The notes beneath the pieces were generated by a model. The model did not search any database. It had not been told where the DNA came from and saw nothing but the letters and a program-made list of their open reading frames with translations. From an uncultured Thiomicrospira sp. (GTDB lineage Bacteria > Pseudomonadota > Gammaproteobacteria > CAKMZV01): a DNA stretch of 64,000 nucleotides. A program made the translations under genes and the position numbers. Positions 11,406 to 20,339 of this stretch are shown here, one piece after another; position 1 is the stretch's first letter; each line of letters begins with the position of its first letter. The stretch spans positions 1,280,001 through 1,344,000 of the forward strand of contig OZ239628.1 of NCBI GenBank assembly GCA_965195345.1. The letters run 5' to 3'.

Positions 11406-12803
11406 TTAATTCCTAGAAATTTTAGAGGTCAGATCAATTATCTTCGATGCAGATTGCTCGTAGGTATCTACAAACTTATCGGTAATCGATACCAAATTAT
11501 TCCCCATTTTGTCGAGCGAACGCTGGAGTTGTTTTTGCATTCCTTCATCTAGAATCTGGAGCGATTGATTCATATGTTCTGTATTCTCGGCAAGAGACTG
11601 ATCAATGCGCGACTTTATATCGTTGGAGGTAGACTGTTGACTGTCACTAAAGTCCTTAACTATTGACTCAACATTGGCACTTACTTTTTTAGTAGAATCT
11701 AGAACATTGTCGGCCGCAATATTAAGGCTATCAAGAACACCTTGAAACTTACTTTGCTGCTCAGCATACATTTTTTCTGAGTGTTCGAATGATGAGGTCA
11801 TCAGATCATTTAAGCCATTTGTTAGGTTTTTTATCGTTTGTTGAGTTTCAATTTGAGAATCACGCATTGACCCAAACTGCTTGTCGATAACAGATAATTC
11901 ATCCTGAATAGACTGCTTCAACCCCTCTGTTAGGCATGTAATCTGCTCCCTGATTGATGGAATTGCATTCTCAGCGTTTTTCCTCATCTCATCTAAAGAA
12001 GATAACCCCTCATGTAACTGGTTCATTCTCTCATCAGTTGCCTCAAAAACAATGGAGATTTTATCCATATGCTCAGGTATCTGCTGAGTAGAACCTTCGA
12101 TCAGCTTAACACTCTTTTGCACTGCATCAATACCAGCTTGGATCGCAAGGAATGCTTCCGTAAGCGCTCTAACTTGTTCTTTGTGCTCCTGTTGCCACTC
12201 TAACTGTGCACCGACTGCCTCATTGAGTTGCTTAAAGTTATCACCAAATTGTTCTGATATCTTTTCATTAAAGTCTTTAATAACAGACTCTAAAGCCTCA
12301 ACAAGTGCTTTACTACCATCCTCAGAAACCTTTTCGGCAAAGTCTCTAAAGTCATTCCTGAGTTTACTGAACTGAGTAGATAGACTTGAGTCACCCTCAC
12401 CAACTAATGCGTCTCTAACTTGGTTAGTCCCTTTAGTTATTTCTCGAAGTTCTAACAGTAAATCTTCTCCGGAAGCATCATTTGCTGATTGCTCGCTTCG
12501 TATTGACGGATACACCACACGGTAAAGAAGGCTTAAACCAAGCCCAACTACACTCGATAAAAATGCTAACTTTAATCCACCAAGAAGTCTCGGAATTGAT
12601 CTGTTCATGTCATTAACATCGAAAGCCTGAAGTGCTAAAAAGATGCCAAGAAAGGTAAAAAATATACCGAACGACGTTAGGATAGTCGGACCACTAGACG
12701 ATACTGCTGACAGCACCTTGCCTTTTGAGTTGATGCCAAAAAGACATAGTGCAAAAGTGAATAATATTAGACTTACTGAAATTGATTGGAGGAGACTTTC
12801 CAC
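11406..12803 (-). CDS. zorA: Zorya ZorA (MotA-like TM domain plus long helical tail)
   Basis: Three N-terminal TM segments (TSFGIFFTFLGI, GLKLAFLSS) followed by about 350 aa of predicted coiled coil; upstream of zorB. Confidence 0.88.
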   Translation of the reverse strand: MESLLQSISVSLILFTFALCLFGINSKGKVLSAVSSSGPTILTSFGIFFTFLGIFLALQAFDVNDMNRSIPRLLGGLKLAFLSSVVGLGLSLLYRVVYPSIRSEQSANDASGEDLLLELREITKGTNQVRDALVGEGDSSLSTQFSKLRNDFRDFAEKVSEDGSKALVEALESVIKDFNEKISEQFGDNFKQLNEAVGAQLEWQQEHKEQVRALTEAFLAIQAGIDAVQKSVKLIEGSTQQIPEHMDKISIVFEATDERMNQLHEGLSSLDEMRKNAENAIPSIREQITCLTEGLKQSIQDELSVIDKQFGSMRDSQIETQQTIKNLTNGLNDLMTSSFEHSEKMYAEQQSKFQGVLDSLNIAADNVLDSTKKVSANVESIVKDFSDSQQSTSNDIKSRIDQSLAENTEHMNQSLQILDEGMQKQLQRSLDKMGNNLVSITDKFVDTYEQSASKIIDLTSKISRN

Positions 12804-12947
12804 GATTGCATCCTAGAGTTTTGTACTAGGCTTGATTGTATAGTCTTTTAACGCACTTTGCTTGCTAGGCACGACAACGAACTCAGGAATAAATAATATA
12901 CTACGGGTCAGATATCGATCATCTAATCGCTTAGGCGAGCCTTAAAA

Positions 12948-13461
12948 TCATCCTATGATTGAAACTACCTTTGTCAAAGGTGTTGAGCATGCGTAATCAC
13001 TATACTTTTGCATCAAGCGACGCCGTTTATCAATAAGATGACTCTTCTGATAGGTGCCAGCTGACTTATCTTTGATCTTATGCGCGAGGGCGATCTCTCC
13101 TGTCAGCCAGTCTTTATCGGCCTTCTCCGTATTCCATGTCTTAAATGTACCTCTAAATCCATTAACCGTGATTAGTTGGCCGCGCCTGTCTTTCCAACTC
13201 TCTTGTTTTTTTGCATTCGTTTCAATGCTGAGGACATTTTGATAATATTGTTCGATTAAAGCAATGGATTGTTTGCTGAGAGGGATGCATATCTTTTAGC
13301 CCTTTCATTCTGCGTGACGGTATAGACCAAATAGCTGGATTTCTCTCTGTTCTGAGATCATTAGATATAGCCACGTCTAAAATAGATGCGATTCTTCTTA
13401 CTCGATCTGCTGTCTCTGTTTTATCAAACCAAATCGGCTGTAATATTTCTAATATTTGCAC
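12948..13461 (-). pseudogene. P4-like tyrosine integrase remnant
   Basis: ILQPIWFDKTETADRVRR..NPAIW|SIPSRRMK and, in another frame, ITVNGFRGTFKTW..EIALAH..GTYQKSHLIDKRRRLMQKYSDY; internal deletion, frameshift and HGFR>NGFR. Confidence 0.85.
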
Positions 13462-13502
13462 CTACTAACTTCAGATACAGGGATTTGTCCTATAGCTGGA
13501 AA

Positions 13503-13613
13503 GGCACATTTTTCCAGAGAGCTGATGCCCTAATCAACCAACACCAACAACAAAAGCAAATCACCAGACTCAATAACATCAAGCAAGCCTGCTTGAGCAA
13601 AATGTTTGTTTAG
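13503..13613 (+). pseudogene. hsdS: type I R-M specificity subunit C-terminal fragment
   Basis: GTFFQRADALINQHQQQ..RLNNIKQACLSKMFV* is the typical HsdS C-terminal helix; directly precedes an hsdR start. Confidence 0.75.
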
Positions 13614-13628
13614 CAAGGAACGTCTACC

Positions 13629-13900
13629 ATGACCATCTTTAAAACCGAAACGCAGTTTGACAGGCCTTTATTGAGGTGCTTACCCATAAGGGGTGGAAGC
13701 TGAGATACTAAAAAATAAAACCGAAACCGAGTTACTAAAAAATTGAGCGGCTATTTTATTTGAAAATAATAAACAACGAAAAACGGGATCGCTTAAACGA
13801 TGTACAGCTCACCGCCAGCGAAATACAGCAGATTATTGAGCAGATAAAAGGACTTAAAACCCCGCTCAAACTAAACGGTTTGATTAACGGTAAAAGTGTT
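13629..13900 (+). pseudogene. hsdR: type I restriction subunit R N-terminal fragment
   Basis: MTIFKTETQF..FIEVLTHKGW..ILKNKTETELLKN*AAILFENN..DRLNDVQLTASEIQQIIEQI..TPLKLNGLINGKSV with frameshifts and a stop. Confidence 0.72.
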
Positions 13901-14125
13901 GGGCATCCTGATACTCTGGCTGATACCATAGCAGAGGAAACCTCTACAAGATACTCAGCCTATTGTTTAAAGAAATTTGGTTTTGTTGCCACCATCGGTT
14001 TGATAAAGTAGTTCTAGCAGGAGGAGAAATAGAAATTAAGTATTTAAAAACCAATATTGTTCGACCAGTAAAAACTTTGCTATTTGGGAAAGCCGTTTTG
14101 CAGTTAGGTAACGATCAAATTCCAA
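13901..14125 (+). pseudogene. archaeal-type S-adenosylmethionine synthetase fragment
   Basis: GHPDTLADTIAEETSTRYSAYCLKKFGFV / frameshift / HHRFDKVVLAGG matches the GHPD..HHNxDKxxLxGG signature of archaeal-type MAT. Confidence 0.65.
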
Positions 14126-14173
14126 TGTGGTGTCATTCAATCTTAGATTGTGAACAGTCGCAAAGCGGCTGGT

Positions 14174-14192
14174 AATCCCTCTCTCACCGCCA
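14174..14192 (+). repeat. att-like direct repeat of the tRNA-Ser 3' end
   Basis: aatccctctctcaccgcca is identical at 8864-8882 and 14174-14192. Confidence 0.92.
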
Positions 14193-14204
14193 TTATAAAA
14201 AATA

Positions 14205-14621
14205 GTGGTTCAATTTCACTCAGTGTATTGCGCTAATCCCACAGTACTGGGAATTTGGCTAGTCTCTTTTTTTGCAATTCTTCAACTGAGACAATTTTTA
14301 GTCCCATCAAGCTTTTCAAGCTTTGCTCCCTCTAACAAAGGCTATCTTACAGAATATTTTTACAATATTGTAAAAATAAATATAGAAGGATTAAAATCCA
14401 TTACAATAGATTCCACTTTTATGACAATATCAGGAAATACTTTGAAAACCCTTCAGGTATTAATGCCATCAAAAGAAAGCTTAAAGCTGCTAAAGTTTAA
14501 AATCAATGAAATTAATTCAAAACTAATTCCTTGCAAGCAACGAAGCCAAATCCTCATCCTACAGACACCCTCTTCCCCAAATTTATCAGCGATAAAATTA
14601 GGAAGATATTTACACCTCTAA
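14205..14621 (+). pseudogene. hsdS: second, different hsdS C-terminal remnant
   Basis: EYFYNIVKINIEGLKSITIDSTFMTISGNTLKTLQVLMP..INSKL..SQIL and, after a frameshift, DTLFPKFISDKIR (compare HsdS GSTF..IS..LK..P and RDTLLPKLMSGEIR). Confidence 0.6.
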
Positions 14622-14633
14622 GACATCTACACT

Positions 14634-15857
14634 ATGAGTAAAAAGACTTTTTTAGAATTGTTTGCGGGAGTTGGAGGTCTGAGCGAAGGTTTTATTGAAA
14701 GTGGTTTTAAACCAGTAGCATTCATTGAAAAAGACAAATATTGTTGTGATACATTAAAAACTAGGCAGGCGTATTTTCATTTAAAGTCAACCGATAAATT
14801 AAACATATATTATCAATATCTATCTAAAAAAATATCAAAGAGTGATTTTTACAACTTCATTCCTAAAAGGAAATTTGATATGATTTTTAACAAGGAAATA
14901 AATAAAAGTAGTATTGATGCATTAATTAGCAATATTGAAAAACGCTTAAAAAACAAGAAATTAGATTTAATATTAGGTGGACCTCCTTGTCAGGCATACT
15001 CTTTAATCGGCAGAGCACAAAATAAAACAAAAAAGAATGATGAAAGACTGTTTTTATATAAATACTATTTGCAATTTTTATCTAAACTAAAGCCTACTAC
15101 CTTTGTTTTTGAGAATGTACCTGGCTTACTGAGCATTGATAAAGGAGATTTATTTAATTCTATTATCAAAGACTTTGAAAAATTGGGGTATAAAGTAACT
15201 TTTGAGACATTAAATTCTCATGATTATGGTGTATTGCAAGAAAGAAAAAGGTTAATAGTAGTAGGAAACATTAATAAAAAAATCAACCTTGCTCAATTAC
15301 AGAAAAACAAGCTCAAATATAATGTTGAAGCTCTTTTTGCAGATCTTAAACCACTAAAACCCAGTGAAATAAAAAATCAATATGTTTCCTCTCCTAATGA
15401 ATATCTTAAAAAAAGTTCAATTAGAAAAGAAGAAGATGTGTTAACTTTACACAATGCAAGACCTCATAATCAAAGAGACTTGGAGATCTATAAATTTGCT
15501 ATAGATTTATGGAACAGAAGTAAAACAAGATTAAAATATTCAGATTTACCCGAAAAACTTAGAACCCATAAAAACGAGAAATCATTTTTAGATAGGTTCA
15601 AAGTAGTATGTGCAGATTTAGAGTCGTCACATACTTTAGTTGCACACATTGCAAAAGATGGACATCATTACATTCACCCAGATGTTAATCAATGCAGAAG
15701 TATATCAGTTAGAGAAGCGGCAAGAATACAGTCTTTCCCTGACAATTTCTTTTTTGAAGGTCCTAGAACCGCCCAATTTACTCAAATTGGCAATGCTGTC
15801 CCTCCATTACTCTCTAAGTCTTTATCCCAAAGTATAAAAAAATGTTATGAAACATAA
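14634..15857 (+). CDS. dcm: DNA (cytosine-5)-methyltransferase
   Basis: Motif I ELFAGVGG, IV GGPPCQAYS, VI ENVPG, VIII QERKR, IX/X REAARIQSFPD..QIGNAVPP. Confidence 0.95.
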   Translation: MSKKTFLELFAGVGGLSEGFIESGFKPVAFIEKDKYCCDTLKTRQAYFHLKSTDKLNIYYQYLSKKISKSDFYNFIPKRKFDMIFNKEINKSSIDALISNIEKRLKNKKLDLILGGPPCQAYSLIGRAQNKTKKNDERLFLYKYYLQFLSKLKPTTFVFENVPGLLSIDKGDLFNSIIKDFEKLGYKVTFETLNSHDYGVLQERKRLIVVGNINKKINLAQLQKNKLKYNVEALFADLKPLKPSEIKNQYVSSPNEYLKKSSIRKEEDVLTLHNARPHNQRDLEIYKFAIDLWNRSKTRLKYSDLPEKLRTHKNEKSFLDRFKVVCADLESSHTLVAHIAKDGHHYIHPDVNQCRSISVREAARIQSFPDNFFFEGPRTAQFTQIGNAVPPLLSKSLSQSIKKCYET

Positions 15858-17955
15858 TTTCAAATTTGAATTTTCTCCTAATTTAATCACCTTATTAGGA
15901 GAACAACTCATACACGATAAAAAAATTGCTGTATCTGAATTGGTAAAAAATGCTTATGATGCAGACGCAGATTGGGTTGAAGTAAATGTTGGGGAAAATT
16001 TCATTTCAATTTACGACAATGGTTGTGGCATGGACATTGATACTATTCAGAATGTTTGGCTAAAACCTGGAGTTAGTTCTAAAGATAATATTAAAACAGG
16101 TAGACTTACCCCAAAACATCATCGAATGCCTATTGGGGAAAAAGGAGTTGGGCGTTTAGGTTCTCATAAATTAGGACAAGCTATTGAACTATTTACCAAG
16201 ACAAAGCAAAGTAATGAAATTCATTTAAGAATAAATTGGCATGATATTGAGAAAGCAGACAGTTTGAGTAATTTGCAGGCTATTGTAGTGACTGAAAATA
16301 GTCAACCTGTTGTTTTCAAAGATAAGCAAACAGGGACGAAAATATTAATATCCGAGTTAAAAGAGACTTGGTTAGACTTGGATTACCAGAATCTTTCAAG
16401 AGATTTAACCAATTTAATTTCACCATTTGCAGGAAAAGATGAAAAATTTCAAATTAGATTTAAAAAAAATACCGAATTATTTACTAACGACTTATTAGAT
16501 GAGGTGAGACTCATTAAAGAAAATGCTTTATTTGAATTTCATGTTTTAATTGCAAATGGATTAATAAAAGATTTTCGGTATAAATTTAAAACTTGGCAAG
16601 GACTAGAAAAAGTGCGCCCAAGAACTATCACGCTTGCAGAAGATAAAGACTTTATAGCTAAAATGATTGGAAAAAAATCTAACTTTTTAAGTGTTGATAA
16701 CGAGATAGAAGAATATCAAAATCTTAATATTGGTGAAATTGAATTTCAAGGAGTCATATATGATTTTGACAATGAATTGTGGGACATTCAAACACAAATG
16801 CCTAAAAATAGAAAAAAAATCACAAAAGATTATATGAAATCAAATGGAGGGGTTCGTGTTTATCGAGATAATTTTAGAATATTTAATTACGGTGAGTATG
16901 GAAGTGATATTTTAGAGCTGGATTTGGAAAGAGTAAATCGCCCTGCTGGAAGAATTAGCTCTAATCAAGTCTTAGCAGCTATAAAGCTGAAAAGAAAAGA
17001 TAGCACAGATTTAATAGAAAAGACAAATAGAGAAGGATTTATAAATAACCGCGCTTTAACGGCTTTTCAAAACTGTCTAAAAGAAGTTACATTTAATTTA
17101 ATTAGCACATTGAAGCAAGATGATAAAGCTAAAATCATAACAGCGCACCTAGAGAATGCCAAAGACAGGGTAACAATAGAACACAAAATTAAGGATATAA
17201 AAAAACTGGTTGCTCAATCAAGTATTGAAGAGGACAAAAAAGAAAAAATAGGGGTAGAACTTGATAAATTATCAAAAGATTTTGATCATACAAAAAACGT
17301 ATTTTTAAGTGCCACCTCCACAGGATTAAATTTGGCAATTGTTGTGCATGAATTAAGACACCTACTAAATAGATTAAGTTCTGACCTCAAATTGGGAAAT
17401 TGGAATAAGGCTATAGATGTAACAAAATTACTACAAACAACAGTTAAAAATTATGGCGATATTATTCGTTTAGACAAAAAAAATAACCTTGTCTCGGTTC
17501 AATCTCTTATTAAAACAACTCTTTTCAATGTCGAGTTAAGGTTTGAAGCACATAATATTAAATATAGATTGGACATACCCAATGATTTAGAAATAAATGT
17601 AAAAAAGAATTTGGTTTCTGGCTTACTAAACAATCTATTTGATAATTGTATATATTGGCTTAATCACCAAAATATTGAAGATAAACAAATATATATAAAA
17701 GCCTACAAGAAAGAAGGGCAAGTGCATCTATTGATTGCGGATAATGGGTTAGGATTTATCATTGATTTTGAGTCTGCCATCATGCCCTTTATCACTGGAA
17801 GGCAAGATGATAGTTCTATGGGTATAGGCCTTTATTTGGCTGACCAAGTGATGACGGCACATCAAGGCTTTCTTTTGCAGGCTCAATTTGAAGAAGAAAA
17901 GCTACCTGATGAGTTTAGCAACGGCGCACTCATTAAATTAATATTTAAGCAATAG
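15847..17955 (+). CDS. MORC/GHKL ATPase fused to a cytoplasmic histidine kinase
   Basis: N-terminal ELVKNAYDADA, DNGCGM, GEKGVGRLG, GTKILI; C-terminal H-box VHELRH (H501), N-box NNLFDNCIYW, DNGLGF, MGIGLYL; no TM segment. Confidence 0.9.
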   Translation: MKHNFKFEFSPNLITLLGEQLIHDKKIAVSELVKNAYDADADWVEVNVGENFISIYDNGCGMDIDTIQNVWLKPGVSSKDNIKTGRLTPKHHRMPIGEKGVGRLGSHKLGQAIELFTKTKQSNEIHLRINWHDIEKADSLSNLQAIVVTENSQPVVFKDKQTGTKILISELKETWLDLDYQNLSRDLTNLISPFAGKDEKFQIRFKKNTELFTNDLLDEVRLIKENALFEFHVLIANGLIKDFRYKFKTWQGLEKVRPRTITLAEDKDFIAKMIGKKSNFLSVDNEIEEYQNLNIGEIEFQGVIYDFDNELWDIQTQMPKNRKKITKDYMKSNGGVRVYRDNFRIFNYGEYGSDILELDLERVNRPAGRISSNQVLAAIKLKRKDSTDLIEKTNREGFINNRALTAFQNCLKEVTFNLISTLKQDDKAKIITAHLENAKDRVTIEHKIKDIKKLVAQSSIEEDKKEKIGVELDKLSKDFDHTKNVFLSATSTGLNLAIVVHELRHLLNRLSSDLKLGNWNKAIDVTKLLQTTVKNYGDIIRLDKKNNLVSVQSLIKTTLFNVELRFEAHNIKYRLDIPNDLEINVKKNLVSGLLNNLFDNCIYWLNHQNIEDKQIYIKAYKKEGQVHLLIADNGLGFIIDFESAIMPFITGRQDDSSMGIGLYLADQVMTAHQGFLLQAQFEEEKLPDEFSNGALIKLIFKQ

Positions 17956-17964
17956 GATTTTATA

Positions 17965-18807
17965 ATGTACGACGTTTTATTTATTGATGATAAGTTTGAA
18001 GAAGTGCAAGAGACATTTTTAACATTAAAAGAATCGCACATTAGATGTTTTTATACCGATGCTGATCCAGAAAAAGATGGTATTTTTCCGTTAGAAAGAG
18101 ACAAACTCCTTTTCAAAAATGTCAAGTATATTTGTTTAGACCTTTTTTTAGCTAATCGTGGGATTGATGAAAGTCATCTTAATAAAAATGCGGTATCTAC
18201 TCTTGCAAATGTGGTTAAAAAATTTACTATCAATAAAGATTATAAAATTATTATTGCATCTGCCCACATAGAGGACTTTAAAAAATATGAAGATGATTTT
18301 AAGGAATATATAGGTGATGTTGAAGTTATTACAGAAGAAAAAGATGCAGATGCTTCAGGAAAACGATTTTCCATTCTTCATAAAAATGAACCTATATTTA
18401 AAGAGATTCTTCAAAACTCTATTCAAAATAATTTAAGGAACCTAATTATTAAAGAAGCGATAGAAATTGAAAATTCAATTTGGGAAAAAATTAATAATGA
18501 AGATTGTCAATTAAAAGGGTTGCTTGAATATTTGCCAACAAGAAGTAATCCTAATTTTGGAACTAAAATTGAACTATTTAACTTTTATTTTGTTAAAGAT
18601 AATAAAAACATTACTATAGAAAACTTACACACGTTTAGAAATCTCCGAAACGACGCGGCTCATAAAGATGATTCAGGTAAATTGATCAAGGATGTCAAAA
18701 AATTTGTAAAACTTTTTGATGAAAAATGTATCGTTGAAAACGAAAAAATTATTGCTGCAACATTGCACAGTATAGAAAAATTAAAGGGAAATATAAAGAA
18801 TGTCTAA
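17965..18807 (+). CDS. receiver-domain protein with a HEPN-like C-terminal domain
   Basis: VLFIDD, YICLD (D59), IIIASAH and EK receiver motifs; helical C-terminus with IIKEAIEIE and RNDAAH (R228-H233). Confidence 0.7.
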   Translation: MYDVLFIDDKFEEVQETFLTLKESHIRCFYTDADPEKDGIFPLERDKLLFKNVKYICLDLFLANRGIDESHLNKNAVSTLANVVKKFTINKDYKIIIASAHIEDFKKYEDDFKEYIGDVEVITEEKDADASGKRFSILHKNEPIFKEILQNSIQNNLRNLIIKEAIEIENSIWEKINNEDCQLKGLLEYLPTRSNPNFGTKIELFNFYFVKDNKNITIENLHTFRNLRNDAAHKDDSGKLIKDVKKFVKLFDEKCIVENEKIIAATLHSIEKLKGNIKNV

Positions 18808-18843
18808 ATTCATCAAACTCGCCTTGAACTGTCAATTATTGCG

Positions 18844-19225
18844 TTAATTCTCAAACAAGGAAACTCTCACATATTTTATGTGGGAAAATTTCGCGTTACT
18901 ATCACAAATATTCAACACAAATAATTTAGTAACATTACCTATGGCTTCACTTTCTCCTGTAACAGGTGTATTACCTGGAATAAAACCATCAAAATATATT
19001 GCTTCCTCTAAAATTTCACCAACTAAATTTTCTGTGTTATTTTTACCGTGATACTGAAGTTCAGCATACAGATTAGCATACGCGGCAGTGATCGCACTCA
19101 TTGCAAATGACCCACCAATAAAGTGAGATGTCCCTTGACTCACAAATCCTTGTCAAAAGTCTCCACCTTGTAACTCGTTAAGTCCATCTCCAACAACACC
19201 TTGGCAGCATGATGTAAAACCCCAC
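18844..19225 (-). pseudogene. orphan Rhs-type toxin tip cassette 4 (degraded)
   Basis: QGVVGDGLNELQGGDF*QGFVSQGTSHFIGGSFAMSAITAAYANLYAE pre-toxin segment followed by about 70 unique residues. Confidence 0.6.
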
Positions 19226-19357
19226 CTTTGAAATTATAATATTCTGCTAATGTGTACCCATTTTTTCAAAGAGTTCTACTTCTTCATACCCTGTTATAGC
19301 AACTGCAAATCTTGCGAAAAGTTTAGTGTTATTACCTAAAGAGATAGGTACACTTCT

Positions 19358-19936
19358 TTAGAATTTTCCTTTGGAGGTTTTGTTTTTTCCGATGACTGTA
19401 AGATAAGCAAATGCAAGCGTTGTACTTGCCCATAAGTTTATTAAAATCATCAAGAAACTCGTAGCGTATGTGAAATAAAAATCTCCATATAAAGCAAAGC
19501 CTCCATATATAAATGATGCAATCACAAATACAATTGTGAACATTGTAAAAAATATTATCGACTGATGATTCTTTGTGGCATACCACGAATCTATAAATAT
19601 AAATTTTTCGTCAACAGCAATGCTAGGAAATACAAAAGAGAATCTGCTCAACGAATACAAAGAAAAAACGACCCATAATAGTGGAACCGTTATTTGAATA
19701 GAGACTGAGTATTGATATCCTATGACCATTATGATGATAATACCTAGAGGGAAAATCAACATTGCAATTAAGTATAACTGATATAGAAAGAAATCTATTT
19801 CACGCCAACCAAATTGAAACTTCCATTTAGGTATTGATTGAGGACCTAATATCACCAAACGATGTACAGCAACAGGAATCACACCAAAAAACATTAATAT
19901 TCCTAAAAATCTAAACACGGCCTCTATATTTTTCAT
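19358..19936 (-). CDS. multi-pass membrane protein (candidate immunity protein)
   Basis: 192 aa, about five hydrophobic segments; start overlaps the end of cassette 3. Confidence 0.6.
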   Translation of the reverse strand: MKNIEAVFRFLGILMFFGVIPVAVHRLVILGPQSIPKWKFQFGWREIDFFLYQLYLIAMLIFPLGIIIIMVIGYQYSVSIQITVPLLWVVFSLYSLSRFSFVFPSIAVDEKFIFIDSWYATKNHQSIIFFTMFTIVFVIASFIYGGFALYGDFYFTYATSFLMILINLWASTTLAFAYLTVIGKNKTSKGKF

Positions 19937-20260
19937 CCACAGGTCCAGTAGGGGCTAAATGACAATCTAGAGGGTTATTGGTTCCACAAGCATTTCCCGC
20001 ATTTCCCGCATTTCCATAATGGCCATCATTGAGCGGATTTCCATGCCGACCATCATGTCCGTTACCTAAGTCATTATACAGATGAGCATACGCGCAGTGA
20101 TCGCACCCATTGCAAATGTCCCACCACTTAACTGCGATATACTACCACCAATTACTGATTGCATTATGGTGGTTCCTGCCATACTCTCTCCTAAAAGATT
20201 ACCGATATCTTCAAACCCACCAAGAAAGTGAGATGTTGCTTGACGCACAAACCCTTGTCA
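19911..20260 (-). pseudogene. orphan Rhs-type toxin tip cassette 3 (frameshifted)
   Basis: ..SQLSGGTFAMGAIT / 1-bp loss near 20095 / AYAHLYNDLGNGHDGRHGNPLNDGHYGNAGNAGNACG..RV*; DNA homology to cassette 4. Confidence 0.62.
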
Positions 20261-20339
20261 CAAAAAGTGGTTTTTTACTTGGTGAGTTTAGCGTGCTTTA
20301 ATTTTGATCATATTACATTTAGCCTATAGAGCTATTCTT

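Larger units (their letters stand above)
8864..14192. mobile_element. decayed genomic island integrated at tRNA-Ser
   Basis: Flanked by identical 19-bp direct repeats of the tRNA 3' end; contains a P4-like integrase remnant and defence cargo. Confidence 0.85.

Noticed and set aside
10696-12803. Flagellar motAB or exbBD
   Set aside because: The long ZorA tail, adjacent HNH gene and island context fit Zorya; there are no flagellar or tonB genes nearby.
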